A stretch of DNA of 64,000 nt from Candidatus Kaiserbacteria bacterium (GTDB lineage Bacteria > Patescibacteriota > Minisyncoccia > Phycocordibacterales > UBA2100). The notes beneath the pieces are model-generated. The model saw only the letters and a program-made list of their open reading frames with translations. It ran no database searches and was not told the DNA's origin. This document shows positions 9,953-18,949 of this stretch, one piece after another (position 1 is the stretch's first letter; every line of letters starts with the position of its first letter). The DNA lies in the NCBI GenBank assembly GCA_016186765.1, contig JACPLD010000003.1, positions 6,121-70,120 of the forward strand, given 5' to 3'. Position numbers and translations under genes: made by a program.

Positions 9953-10543
9953 TTAGTTGAACTGATTCATTGCGCGTTCGCGACCTTCGCGCACGATAGT
10001 TTCGAGTGCATGCGAGACGCGTTTGAAAACAGGCTTCAGTGTGGCAATCTCGTGCGCACGGAACTTTGTGAGTATAAAATTGTTGACGACTTTTTTGCCT
10101 TCCGGCTTCCGCAGAGTGCCCGCAGCCGTTGAAGGAGAGACCCCAATGCGCACGCGAGTAAACTTTTGCGTCTTCAGCGCGCGTATGACCGACTCGAGTC
10201 CCTTGTGTCCGCCGCTTCCCCTGTCGAACGAGAGCTTTATCTTCCCCAAAGGGAGGTCCAAATCGTCGTGGACGACGATCATGCGCTCCACCGCCCTCTG
10301 ATTTTTGACGAAACGTGCAACCGTAGCGCCCGATTTGTTCATAAACGTGTCGGGGAGCACTAAGGCAACCGCGGTTTTTCCTACCATACCGCCTCCGGTG
10401 GTCGCCTTTTTTGCATAATCTCGCTTGAAACCGTTCAGATGCATGGTTTTTCCAAAAAATTCGACTGCCATGCGGCCACAGTTGTGCCGCGTCGAGTCAT
10501 ATTCCTCTCCCGGATTTCCCAAACCGACGATAATCCAAGCCAT
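9953..10543 (-). CDS. pth: peptidyl-tRNA hydrolase
   Basis: Contains GLGNPG, TRHNCG and the HNG region. Confidence 0.9.
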   Translation of the reverse strand: MAWIIVGLGNPGEEYDSTRHNCGRMAVEFFGKTMHLNGFKRDYAKKATTGGGMVGKTAVALVLPDTFMNKSGATVARFVKNQRAVERMIVVHDDLDLPLGKIKLSFDRGSGGHKGLESVIRALKTQKFTRVRIGVSPSTAAGTLRKPEGKKVVNNFILTKFRAHEIATLKPVFKRVSHALETIVREGRERAMNQFN

Positions 10544-10778
10544 GAGGCGCTATTCTAGCAGATTTTCTAAACAATCACCCACAAAAGCATGTCGACGAGG
10601 CGCGGTGTGGTCTTTGGAGTCTTCGCGCAGGCCGTCCGGTCTCTCCTTTCGGAGAGGCCCAGCTAATGAGAGCAATTTTTCAGCAGAAAAATATGCGACT
10701 CCAAAGATCGTATCGTGCCAAGGAGACATGCAACACCACAAACGCTTTGTGTCAATCCGCGCATGAGAGTAGAATGCC

Positions 10779-11378
10779 GTGATGAAACATCCCGTGATGG
10801 AGGGAAACGCATCACAGGAACATCAAAATACGAATCCGCGAGGCTCACTCCTCGGCTACACGGTCGTCGTGCTCGGCTTAGCACTCTTCATTCGCTTCTT
10901 CATCGCTGCTCCGTACGTCGTTTCCGGTGCCTCGATGGATCCGAGCTTCGACGACTGGCACTATCTCATCATTGACCGCATTTCATACGACATCGGAGCG
11001 CCACAGCGAGGCGACGTAGTCGTCTTCAACCTCCCACAAGAGGGTGGTCGCTCACTCATCAAGCGTATCATCGGCTTGCCTCACGAGACTGTCGTCCTCG
11101 ATGGGCAAAAGGTAACTATTTTCAACGACGAACACCCGGATGGATCCACGCTCGAAGAGCTCTACCTCGATCCAAAGAACCTCGAGGGCAGGAACGAAAT
11201 GCGAATTGAGCTCGGCGAGGACGAATATTTCGTACTCGGCGACAATCGACGTGTCTCGGCCGATTCACGCCTGTGGGGAACGCTCGCGCGCGAGAACATT
11301 GTCGGACGCGCGTTCGTCCGTCTCTACCCATTCGATCAGATTTCTCTCTTGCCCGGAGAAGCGCGATACGAAGAGTAG
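10779..11378 (+). CDS. lepB: signal peptidase I
   Basis: SGASMDP (catalytic Ser box), GLPHETV and GDNRRVSADSR. Confidence 0.85.
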   Translation: MMKHPVMEGNASQEHQNTNPRGSLLGYTVVVLGLALFIRFFIAAPYVVSGASMDPSFDDWHYLIIDRISYDIGAPQRGDVVVFNLPQEGGRSLIKRIIGLPHETVVLDGQKVTIFNDEHPDGSTLEELYLDPKNLEGRNEMRIELGEDEYFVLGDNRRVSADSRLWGTLARENIVGRAFVRLYPFDQISLLPGEARYEE

Positions 11379-11426
11379 CTTGCAGGTGGCAGGCGTCAGG
11401 TTTCAGAAAAAAATTCATGACTCAAG

Positions 11427-11462
11427 AAAACCTAATCCTTAAAACCTAATCCTTAAAACCTA
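11427..11462 (+). repeat. tandem 14-nt direct repeat (AAAACCTAATCCTT x2.5) immediately upstream of the HisRS-like gene
   Basis: Repeat visible directly in the sequence; the ATG of the downstream gene is at 11468. Confidence 0.7.
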
Positions 11463-11467
11463 TTTAT

Positions 11468-12658
11468 ATGATGCGTCTGAAGGATACGCGGTATCAGAAT
11501 ACGGCGTCGTTCTTAAATTCCGCCATCGCGATCGCAGAGTACTTCGGATTCATTCCGTTCGAAGAAGCGGCCCGCAGAGATCTGGCGCAGATCCGGGAAA
11601 TCCGCCGGCGCGCGCGCGGAAGCGAACGCGAGATCTCCTTCGCCCGCAAGGAAGAGCGAGTACTCGCAGTCGCCGCGCGACGTCTCTCGATCCTTGCTCA
11701 CGCACCCCCTGAATCGCTGCTCCTGTGGCGTGTCGGGAGTGACGCCAAAGCAGCCATGCCCACTGCCTCACTCGAGCTGCATATCATCGGGACGCAATCG
11801 GCGATCGCGGAGGCGCTTCTCATCGTGATAGCAAATGCGATCGCGCGCGAAGCGGGACTTCCCGAGCGCGTACTCTCGATCAACAACATCGGCTCTCCTG
11901 AATCGTCGGGGCGCTTCGTCCGCGACGTCGCGAGTTTCTTGCGCAAGCACATCGAATCGATCTCCGTAACACTGCGTCCTCGCGCCGCGACCGACCCGCT
12001 CGGAGCCCTCGTCGCACTTATCGAGCGCGGCCACCCCGCGATCCCGCGCTCGCCACAAGCGATGGAATATCTCACCGAAGAGGAGCGCCGCCGGTTTTGG
12101 GAGCTTCTTGAATACATCGAGGCACTCGGACTCTCCTACGAGCTCTCGCCCACGGTTTTAGGGAGCAGGGATTGTTGGGCGCATACTCTCTTTCAGATAT
12201 CGGTGATCGATGCGGCAAGTGGTTCACGCATACCTGTTGCCTTCGGCGGCCGCTACGACCCGCTCGCCTCGCGATTTGCCGCCGCCGCGCTTCCCGCCGT
12301 AATGATATCGATTACCTGCGAGCTGCGAGGCAAGACACGCGTGAAGCGCGAGCACCCACTTCCTCCAAGCATCTACTTCGCGCATTTGGGGGCAGAGGCT
12401 CGCCGCCGTGCGCTTCCTATACTCGAGAATTTGCGTGAGGCTGGCATCCCCGTGAGCCATGGCCTCTACCACGAACGTATCGGTGAACAAATGGCAGCGG
12501 CACGAAGGCTAGCCTCTCCCTACATCCTCATCATGGGACACAAAGAGGCCGTCGAGGGAACGATCCTCGTGCGAGAGGCTGCAACGAACTCACAGGATGC
12601 GATCCCACTCCAAGAACTGACCGGCTATTTGAAGCGCAGGAGATTTGTCTCCGCATGA
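11468..12658 (+). CDS. histidyl-tRNA synthetase-like protein (class II aaRS fold, HisZ/HisRS-like) lacking a recognisable motif 2
   Basis: HisRS-like N-terminus (YFGFIPFEE), ELHIIG...AEALLIV (cf. HisRS fDiiG...DAEvi), motif-3-like FGGRYD, and a C-terminal anticodon-binding-like domain. No arginine-rich motif 2 is seen. Confidence 0.45.
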   Translation: MMRLKDTRYQNTASFLNSAIAIAEYFGFIPFEEAARRDLAQIREIRRRARGSEREISFARKEERVLAVAARRLSILAHAPPESLLLWRVGSDAKAAMPTASLELHIIGTQSAIAEALLIVIANAIAREAGLPERVLSINNIGSPESSGRFVRDVASFLRKHIESISVTLRPRAATDPLGALVALIERGHPAIPRSPQAMEYLTEEERRRFWELLEYIEALGLSYELSPTVLGSRDCWAHTLFQISVIDAASGSRIPVAFGGRYDPLASRFAAAALPAVMISITCELRGKTRVKREHPLPPSIYFAHLGAEARRRALPILENLREAGIPVSHGLYHERIGEQMAAARRLASPYILIMGHKEAVEGTILVREAATNSQDAIPLQELTGYLKRRRFVSA

Positions 12659-12725
12659 GCTCCCTTTTTCATTCCCACAACGTGAGTTGCTGGATAGCTA
12701 TATGTTGTGCTAGAGTAGCGACCAC

Positions 12726-13025
12726 ATGTCGGTAAACACAGAGGTCCAGAAGAGCGGAAACGAGACTGCGCTTTCCGTCATTCGGAAGTTCAGCCGCCGC
12801 GTGCAAGGCACCGGCCTGATCAAAACAGTCCGCAATCGACGCTACTTTGCACGCGACACCTCGAAGATCGTGAAGAAGAAGCGCGCACTGAAGCTCCTGA
12901 AGCGCCGTGCTGAATACAAGCAGCTCGTTAAAGAGGGGAAGATCATCGAGGCGCCCGCGAGGCGCGGCAGCCCCGTGCGAGAGCAAACACCGCGGCTCGG
13001 CGAAGGAACTCCGATCGCACGATAG
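12726..13025 (+). CDS. rpsU: 30S ribosomal protein S21 (with a C-terminal extension)
   Basis: ALSVIRKFSRR...RNRRYFARDT...KKKRALK matches the S21 pattern ALRRFKR...RRREFYEKP. Confidence 0.55.
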   Translation: MSVNTEVQKSGNETALSVIRKFSRRVQGTGLIKTVRNRRYFARDTSKIVKKKRALKLLKRRAEYKQLVKEGKIIEAPARRGSPVREQTPRLGEGTPIAR

Positions 13026-13029
13026 ATCG

Positions 13030-13413
13030 ATGCGAGGAAAAAAGCTCGAAATCAAAACAGTGATCCGCGGCAAACTGCCGCAGATTCCCTTTCAAAGGAT
13101 CGCGAACGAGATTCTTCCAGGGCGCTACGAACTTTCCCTTGTGATATGCGGGGATGTACTTGCAAGGAGAATAAATCGGCAACACCGAAAGAGATCCTAC
13201 GCTGCCAACGTGCTCTCATTCCCGCTCGAAAAGAACGAGGGCGAAATTTTTTTGAATATGGAAGCGGCACGACGGGAGGCCAAACAGTATGGCGTCTCTC
13301 TTCGAGCCCGCCTTATGCTCCTCTTCGTACATGCATGTTTGCATCTCAAGGGCATGCAACATGGCACGAAAATGGAGAGGGCGGAGAAGAAGGTGCTCAT
13401 GAGATTCTCATAG
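13030..13413 (+). CDS. ybeY: endoribonuclease YbeY (rRNA maturation factor)
   Basis: Metal-binding motif HACLHLKGMQH (H..LHL.G.DH). Start MRGKKLEIK is 5 nt after the rpsU stop, so the ORF-track 5' extension is rejected. Confidence 0.75.
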   Translation: MRGKKLEIKTVIRGKLPQIPFQRIANEILPGRYELSLVICGDVLARRINRQHRKRSYAANVLSFPLEKNEGEIFLNMEAARREAKQYGVSLRARLMLLFVHACLHLKGMQHGTKMERAEKKVLMRFS

Positions 13414-13473
13414 CCGTTCGATGTCCCCCTCATTTTGACTTTTGCCCTTCTCCTTTTGCCTTACAATGAGGCA

Positions 13474-14643
13474 ATGCGGAAAGTCTATACAGGAATTGAT
13501 GTCGGTACCTACCACGTCAAAGTCGTAATCGCTGCCGCCGGAGAATCGCCTGAGCTTCCGATGCAGATACTCGGTACTGGCACCTCAAACTCAAAGGGCA
13601 TGCGCCACGGCTACATCGTCGACACGAGAGAGGCTACCAAAAGCATCCGCGAGGCGCTCCACCGCGCCGCAAGCCTTGCAAAGGTGCGTGTGCGGCGAGC
13701 GCGAGTCGCCTTGGGCGGCGTTGGCCTCGAAGAGACCAGAGGCTCTGCCGACGTGACACTCACACCATCCGGCGGCATCGTCACGGACCGCGAGATCGAG
13801 CGCGTCCTCCGAGAAAGCGAGAAGCGCGCATCCGGAAAACTCGTAAATCGCACGATCCTTCACACTATTCCGCTCGAGTTCCGCGTCGACGGCACAAAGG
13901 TGTTTGGAAAGCCACAGGGCCTCCAGGGCACGAAACTTTCAGTCGATACGATGCTCGTTACCATACTGACGCATCACCACGACGATCTCATCGAAGCAGT
14001 TGAGAACGCCGGCGTGGAAGTCGAGGGTGTGATGGCGGCACCCTTGGCCGCCTCGCTCGTAACACTCACGAAAGCCCAAAAGACCGCGGGTGTCGTGCTT
14101 GCTAACGTGGGCTCTGAAACGCTCTCCATCGCCGTTTTCGAGAATGACGTCCCCGTTTCCATTAAGGTATTTTCCATCGGCTCTTCCGACATCACGAACA
14201 CGATTGCGCTTTCGCTGCGGATCACGCTGCCTGAAGCGGAGCAAATGAAGCGCGGCGCCGTGACGGGCAGCGACGTGCCGCCGAAGCAGATGCTCACTAT
14301 CGTTTCGACACGCCTGAAAGACATGTTCGCGCTCGTAAACGCGCATCTCAAGGAGATCGGGCGCCTACGCCTGCTTCCGGCCGGCGTTGTCATCACCGGC
14401 GGTGGCTCGGGACTCTCCGGCATCTCGGATGTCGCGCGCGCGATATTGAAACTGCCCTCGCAAGTCTCGCAGATTGGTTACTTGCCGCGCTCCTCGTCAG
14501 TGGATGCAACGTGGGCCGTCGCGTATGGCCTCTGCCGTTGGGCGTACGCGGAAGAAGTAGCAGGAAGCGGTCACACGCTCGGAGAGATTGTCGGAAACGC
14601 GTGGGACTCGGTAAAGCAAGCCATCCGCTCGCTGCTTCCTTAA
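13474..14643 (+). CDS. ftsA: cell division protein FtsA
   Basis: Actin-like ATPase with GIDVGT, VITGGGS and the FtsA architecture, immediately upstream of ftsZ. Confidence 0.85.
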   Translation: MRKVYTGIDVGTYHVKVVIAAAGESPELPMQILGTGTSNSKGMRHGYIVDTREATKSIREALHRAASLAKVRVRRARVALGGVGLEETRGSADVTLTPSGGIVTDREIERVLRESEKRASGKLVNRTILHTIPLEFRVDGTKVFGKPQGLQGTKLSVDTMLVTILTHHHDDLIEAVENAGVEVEGVMAAPLAASLVTLTKAQKTAGVVLANVGSETLSIAVFENDVPVSIKVFSIGSSDITNTIALSLRITLPEAEQMKRGAVTGSDVPPKQMLTIVSTRLKDMFALVNAHLKEIGRLRLLPAGVVITGGGSGLSGISDVARAILKLPSQVSQIGYLPRSSSVDATWAVAYGLCRWAYAEEVAGSGHTLGEIVGNAWDSVKQAIRSLLP

Positions 14644-14721
14644 ACCGACATAGGGCGAGATAACAGACACTCACGTGTGTCAAGTTTGCCCTTTTTCCGG
14701 AAGTGATACTATTGCCCCAAT

Positions 14722-15897
14722 ATGTCCAAGCAGGTGAAGCCCGACGTGGAGTCGTTCGCAAGAATTCGGGTGGTGGGAGTCGGGGGTTCGGGCGGCAACG
14801 CAGTAAATCACATGGTCGCCTCCCACGTGCAGGGCGTCGATTTTATCGCCGTGAATACCGACGGCCAGGACCTTCACAAGAACAAGGCAAAGCGGAAGAT
14901 CCACATTGGAAAAGCGCTCACGCGCGGTCTAGGCACCGGCATGAATGCCGATCTCGGGAAACAGGCCGCCGATGAGACACGCGAAGACATCCAAGATGCG
15001 CTCAAAGGCTCCGACATGGTGTTCGTCACCTGCGGCATGGGCGGTGGCACCGGCACCGGCGGCGCGCCCGTCGTTGCAAAAATCGCACGCGAAATGGGCG
15101 CGCTTACGGTGGGTGTCGTCACAAAACCCTTCGGCTTCGAGGGCGCGCAGCGTGCGCGTCTCGCCGATCAGGGCATTGCAGAGCTTCGCAAGGCCGTCGA
15201 CGCAGTTATCGTTATCCCGAACGACAAGCTTCTTTCGATCGTCACACGCGAAACGGGCATCAAGAACGCCTTCGCAATGTGCGATGACATTTTGAAGCAG
15301 GCCGTTGAGGGCATCTCCGACATCATCACGCAAACGGGCATCATCAACGTCGACTTCGCAGACGTCCGCGCCGTCATGCAAAACGCAGGAAGCGCGCTCA
15401 TGGGCATCGGTACGGGTATCGGCGAGAAACGCGCCGAGCTCGCCGCGCGCGCGGCAATCAACTCTCCCCTCTTGGACGTTTCGATCCATGGCGCGAAGGG
15501 TGTCCTCTTTTCGATCGCAGGCGGAGAAGATTTGGGCATGCTCGAGGTACAGGATGCTGCGAATGTTATTACCGAGGCGATCGATCCAGACGCGAAGGTT
15601 ATCTTCGGCGCGGTTACCGACCCGTCGCTCAAGAAAGGTGCGGTACGCGTGACCGTAATTGCAACTGGCTTTCCCGAAGCGGTAGGCCCTCGCGCATCGC
15701 TCTTTGGCGGTAGAGAGCGCTTCACACCCAAGAAAGAGACTGACGTACCGCCGGCGACAATGCGCGAACGAGAAGAAAAGAAATCTGAAAGATCTACGCA
15801 CGCAGAAAAACCAAAAGCAAAAGAACCGGTGCGTGTTGCCGCTGAAGATGAGGACGAAGGATGGGGAGGACTGCCTTCCTTCTTGCGAAGGAAGTAG
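14722..15897 (+). CDS. ftsZ: cell division GTPase FtsZ
   Basis: GVGGSGGNAVNHM, the tubulin signature GGGTGTG and a C-terminal tail. Confidence 0.95.
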   Translation: MSKQVKPDVESFARIRVVGVGGSGGNAVNHMVASHVQGVDFIAVNTDGQDLHKNKAKRKIHIGKALTRGLGTGMNADLGKQAADETREDIQDALKGSDMVFVTCGMGGGTGTGGAPVVAKIAREMGALTVGVVTKPFGFEGAQRARLADQGIAELRKAVDAVIVIPNDKLLSIVTRETGIKNAFAMCDDILKQAVEGISDIITQTGIINVDFADVRAVMQNAGSALMGIGTGIGEKRAELAARAAINSPLLDVSIHGAKGVLFSIAGGEDLGMLEVQDAANVITEAIDPDAKVIFGAVTDPSLKKGAVRVTVIATGFPEAVGPRASLFGGRERFTPKKETDVPPATMREREEKKSERSTHAEKPKAKEPVRVAAEDEDEGWGGLPSFLRRK

Positions 15898-15967
15898 CAA
15901 ACAGAGAACAGTGAACAGAGAACAGAAAATTCTGTGATATCCTACTGTTCACTGTTTTCTGTTCACT
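15898..15967 (+). terminator. long near-perfect inverted repeat (arms of about 20 bp built from ACAGAGAACAG units) between ftsZ and trxB; putative terminator or hairpin
   Basis: AACAGAGAACAGTGAACAGAGAACAG ... CTGTTCACTGTTTTCTGTTCAC. Confidence 0.5.
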
Positions 15968-16909
15968 ATGTATGACTTGATTATTGTCGGTGGTGGTCCT
16001 GCTGGAGTTGCCGCAGCTGTCTACGCTGCGCGCAAACGCTTGAAAACATTGCTCGTTGTCGATGAGTGGGGCGGGCAGAGCAATGTCTCTCTCGACGTGC
16101 AGAACTGGATTGGAACGAAATCTATAACGGGGACAGATCTCGCCAAGAAATTCCGCGAGCACATCGAGGCGTACAAGGACAACTACATCGAAATCCTCTC
16201 GTCGGCGCGCGCCACTGCGCTTGATGTAACCGACGGTGTTGTACAAGTCAGACTTGCACAAGGAAAAAAAGAAACAACAGCTGAGTCAAGAGCACTCCTG
16301 ATTGCAAGTGGCGCGCGCCGGCGTACGCTCACTATTCCTGGTGCAAAAGAATTTGATCAGAAGGGTCTCACCTACTGCGCTTCCTGCGACGGCCCGTTGT
16401 TCGCAGACAAAGATGTCGTCGTGATAGGCGGAGGCAATGCCGGCTTCGAAACTGCTTTGCAGCTCCTCGCGTACTGTAAGAGCGTTACGCTCTTACATCG
16501 CGACGGCGTGTTCAAAGCCGACGAAGTCACCATAGCTGCTGCGATAGCGCACAAAAATATGCGCGCGCTTTTGAATGCCGAGCCGATGGAAATCGTCGGC
16601 GAAACGTTCGTGACTGGTCTGAAGTGGAAGGACACAAAAACTGGTAAAGAGGAGATGCTTCCGGTCGAAGGAATTTTCGTAGAGATCGGTCTCCTGCCGA
16701 ATACCGAATGGATCGGGGACAAACTAGAAAAGAATGCGATTGGGCAGATCAAGGTTGATCACAAATCGCAACGCACCTCGCACCCGCGTGTGTGGGCGGC
16801 CGGCGACGTAACCGATGGCCTGTACCACCAAAACAACATCGCTGCCGGCGACGCCGTCAAAGCCCTCGAGGATATCTACATGACCTTGCGCCGCGCTAAG
16901 AATGATTGA
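15968..16909 (+). CDS. trxB: thioredoxin-disulfide reductase
   Basis: FAD motif IIVGGGPAG, redox CASCDG, NAD(P) motif VIGGGNAG; 313 aa. Confidence 0.85.
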   Translation: MYDLIIVGGGPAGVAAAVYAARKRLKTLLVVDEWGGQSNVSLDVQNWIGTKSITGTDLAKKFREHIEAYKDNYIEILSSARATALDVTDGVVQVRLAQGKKETTAESRALLIASGARRRTLTIPGAKEFDQKGLTYCASCDGPLFADKDVVVIGGGNAGFETALQLLAYCKSVTLLHRDGVFKADEVTIAAAIAHKNMRALLNAEPMEIVGETFVTGLKWKDTKTGKEEMLPVEGIFVEIGLLPNTEWIGDKLEKNAIGQIKVDHKSQRTSHPRVWAAGDVTDGLYHQNNIAAGDAVKALEDIYMTLRRAKND

Positions 16910-16924
16910 AAAGGGAAAGCGCGA

Positions 16925-16952
16925 ATAAATGCTCCGCGCTTTATCGCTCTAG
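16925..16952. terminator. hairpin (GAAAGCGCG/CGCGCTTT) between convergent trxB and purH; likely bidirectional terminator
   Basis: 8-9 bp GC stem with an 11-nt loop; flanked by A/T. Confidence 0.5.
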
Positions 16953-17929
16953 TGTCTGAAATGTCGCACTCCCGTAAAGACCATGGCCATGCCGAACTTG
17001 TCGGCGGCGTCGATCGAGTCTTGGTCTTTCTGCGATCCACCAGGCTCTATGATAGCGGTCGCCCCCGCCTGATGCGCAGTCTCGACGACATCCGGGAACG
17101 GGAAAAAGGCGTCAGATGCCAGTACCGAACCTTCTAGAGATAGTTTCGCGTTGTTCGCCTTGTGCCATGCGATGTACGCTGATTCGATACGGCTCATCTG
17201 CCCTGCTCCAATGCCGACCGTTGCACCGTCTTTCGCGTAGACGATAGCGTTCGACTTCACGTGCTTGCAGACGGTAAATGCGAACTCAAGATCTTTCATT
17301 TCCTTCTCCGTCGGCGCGCGCTTCGTAACGACGCGCGGTTCGTCTTCAAAAACAGTATTGTCACGGCTCTGCACGAGAACGCCGCCTGCAATCGTACGCA
17401 GCGTGAATGACGAGGCTTTCGGATCGGGCATGGAGCTCGTCAAGAGAACGCGGATGTTCGGCTTCGTCGCAAGAATTTTCAAGGCGGCATCGTCGGCAGA
17501 GGGTGCAATAACGACTTCAAGAAATATCTTCACAAGCTCCTCGGCGACCTTAGCGTCGATCTCACGATTGACTGCGACGATGCCGCCGAATGTAGAAATA
17601 GGATCGCACACAAGCGCCTTTTGGTACGCCTCAAGCGGTGAGGTACCTAGCGCGACGCCGCAGGGATTTGTATGCTTCACGATAACGGCGGCAGGCTCGG
17701 AAAATTCAGCGACACACTCGAAGGCCGCATCGGCATCGAGAAGGTTGTTGTACGAAAGCTCCTTGCCCTGCACCTTTCGTGCGTTTGCAGCACCGGGGCG
17801 CTCGGGATCGAGCAGATTTTTGTAGAGCGCCGCGCTCTGGTGTGGATTTTCGCCGTAGCGAAGGGCTTCTTTGCGTTCGAGCCTAAGCTGCAGTTCCTTC
17901 GGGAGCTCCGGCTTTTCGCTCATCGCCAT
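16949..17929 (-). CDS. purH: AICAR transformylase domain protein (PurH C-terminal domain only; no IMP cyclohydrolase/MGS domain)
   Basis: Hallmark LRYGENPHQ and an AICARFT fold of about 320 aa. The N-terminal roughly 200-aa IMPCH domain is absent. Confidence 0.75.
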   Translation of the reverse strand: MAMSEKPELPKELQLRLERKEALRYGENPHQSAALYKNLLDPERPGAANARKVQGKELSYNNLLDADAAFECVAEFSEPAAVIVKHTNPCGVALGTSPLEAYQKALVCDPISTFGGIVAVNREIDAKVAEELVKIFLEVVIAPSADDAALKILATKPNIRVLLTSSMPDPKASSFTLRTIAGGVLVQSRDNTVFEDEPRVVTKRAPTEKEMKDLEFAFTVCKHVKSNAIVYAKDGATVGIGAGQMSRIESAYIAWHKANNAKLSLEGSVLASDAFFPFPDVVETAHQAGATAIIEPGGSQKDQDSIDAADKFGMAMVFTGVRHFRH

Positions 17930-18269
17930 AGCTTATCATGGCTAAACCTAAAGCCACTGCCGAAAGCGCGACATCGCGGAAGAGCACCTGAAAGTTGCCT
18001 GGGTTGAATACGACAATCGCAAGCAGCATCCCTGCCGCCAGCAGAGATGGCCAGAATATCCGCCATCCCGAAAGGAGCCAGAGCGCGATCACCACCTCCA
18101 CAAAACCAAAAGCATGCAGAAGAACGAGGTCGGGAACGTAGCCCTTCGCGAACGCGGGAAAGTAGCCAATCCAGCTGTACGGATCGACGATGGCATTGAG
18201 TGGAGGATAGAGGAAGGCAAACGCGATACCTGCGCGAAGTAAAAGATGTGCGACTTTCTCCGCATTCAT
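17883..18269 (-). CDS. DoxX-like small membrane protein
   Basis: Four hydrophobic helices in about 128 aa. Confidence 0.3.
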   Translation of the reverse strand: MNAEKVAHLLLRAGIAFAFLYPPLNAIVDPYSWIGYFPAFAKGYVPDLVLLHAFGFVEVVIALWLLSGWRIFWPSLLAAGMLLAIVVFNPGNFQVLFRDVALSAVALGLAMISYGDERKAGAPEGTAA

Positions 18270-18316
18270 GCTACTTGTGGTGAGCTTGCTTGTGGTGAGT
18301 TCGTCGAATCATCGAA

Positions 18317-18865
18317 CTATTCAACAACAACAACGACTTTCCCGAATTTTTGCGCGTTCAGATGGTCGTGGTAGTTCCACGTGCCTACTTTCTGGAAGGT
18401 AAAGCTGTAGTCGCCGGTGCTTCCCGCACACTGATCGAATGCTGCTCCCGTAGCATCAGGGCAGTGCTCTTCACGCGACGTGCCGGCATATACCACGTGC
18501 GAAGGGTGCTGTGCCGAGGCGATCCACATCTGCCCACCGCTTGAATTCGTCCACGTCACGGTACCTCCTTTTTTGATGGTCACTTCCGAAGGACTAAATC
18601 CGCTCGCTGAATAGGTGACAGTCGCGCTCATCGGAGCGGTCGGCGTTGCTTGCCCTGAGCTTGTCGCCCCTCGAATCCCTCGGGGCGACCCTGAGTCCGT
18701 CGAACGGGTCGAAGGGACTGGAGTCGGTGTCGGAGTCGGTTCAGGCGATGGCGAGGAAGGTGTTGGCGTTGGTGTTACCCCTGCGCTTGGGGTGCTACTC
18801 TGCCAAAACAGATAGCCTCCCCCGAGAATAATGACGATAGCGAGAGCCCAAAGAAAATTTTTCAT
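18317..18865 (-). CDS. secreted or membrane-anchored cupredoxin-like domain protein with a Pro/Thr-rich linker
   Basis: N-terminal TM segment, TPTPTPSSPSPEPTPTPTP linker, and a C-terminal beta-rich domain (TVTWTNSSGG...YSFTF.KVGTWNYHDHLN) resembling the cupredoxin_1 fold. Confidence 0.35.
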   Translation of the reverse strand: MKNFLWALAIVIILGGGYLFWQSSTPSAGVTPTPTPSSPSPEPTPTPTPVPSTRSTDSGSPRGIRGATSSGQATPTAPMSATVTYSASGFSPSEVTIKKGGTVTWTNSSGGQMWIASAQHPSHVVYAGTSREEHCPDATGAAFDQCAGSTGDYSFTFQKVGTWNYHDHLNAQKFGKVVVVVE

Positions 18866-18898
18866 AGGTAGTAATAAAACTTATAAGACACACAGTAT

Positions 18899-18935
18899 AC
18901 CCCATGAGATGGCGGCTTCGCCTATCTCACGGGGT
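18899..18935. repeat. copy 1 of a 37-nt palindromic intergenic element (CCCCATGAGATGGCGGCTTCGCCTATCTCACGGGG)
   Basis: Near-identical copy at 48277-48314. Both lie immediately 3' of a minus-strand gene (pyrE and trmD respectively). Confidence 0.6.
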
Positions 18936-18949
18936 ATATCACGACCGTG

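Noticed and set aside
12907-13029. 5' extension of the ybeY ORF (ORF-track start 12907) overlapping rpsU
   Set aside because: The YbeY homology begins at MRGKKLEIK (13030), 5 nt after the rpsU stop; the upstream part overlaps S21 out of frame.
12669-13073. 134-aa minus-strand ORF overlapping rpsU and the ybeY start
   Set aside because: It conflicts with two motif-supported plus-strand genes and is Ala/Leu/Arg-rich antisense noise.
14660-14715. Putative promoter TTGCCC-15nt-TACTAT between ftsA and ftsZ
   Set aside because: The spacer is only about 15 nt and the -35 is weak; the evidence is too thin to report as a feature.
14929-15900. 323-aa minus-strand ORF overlapping ftsZ
   Set aside because: It is antisense to ftsZ, which has unmistakable tubulin/FtsZ motifs, and contains no recognisable motif itself.
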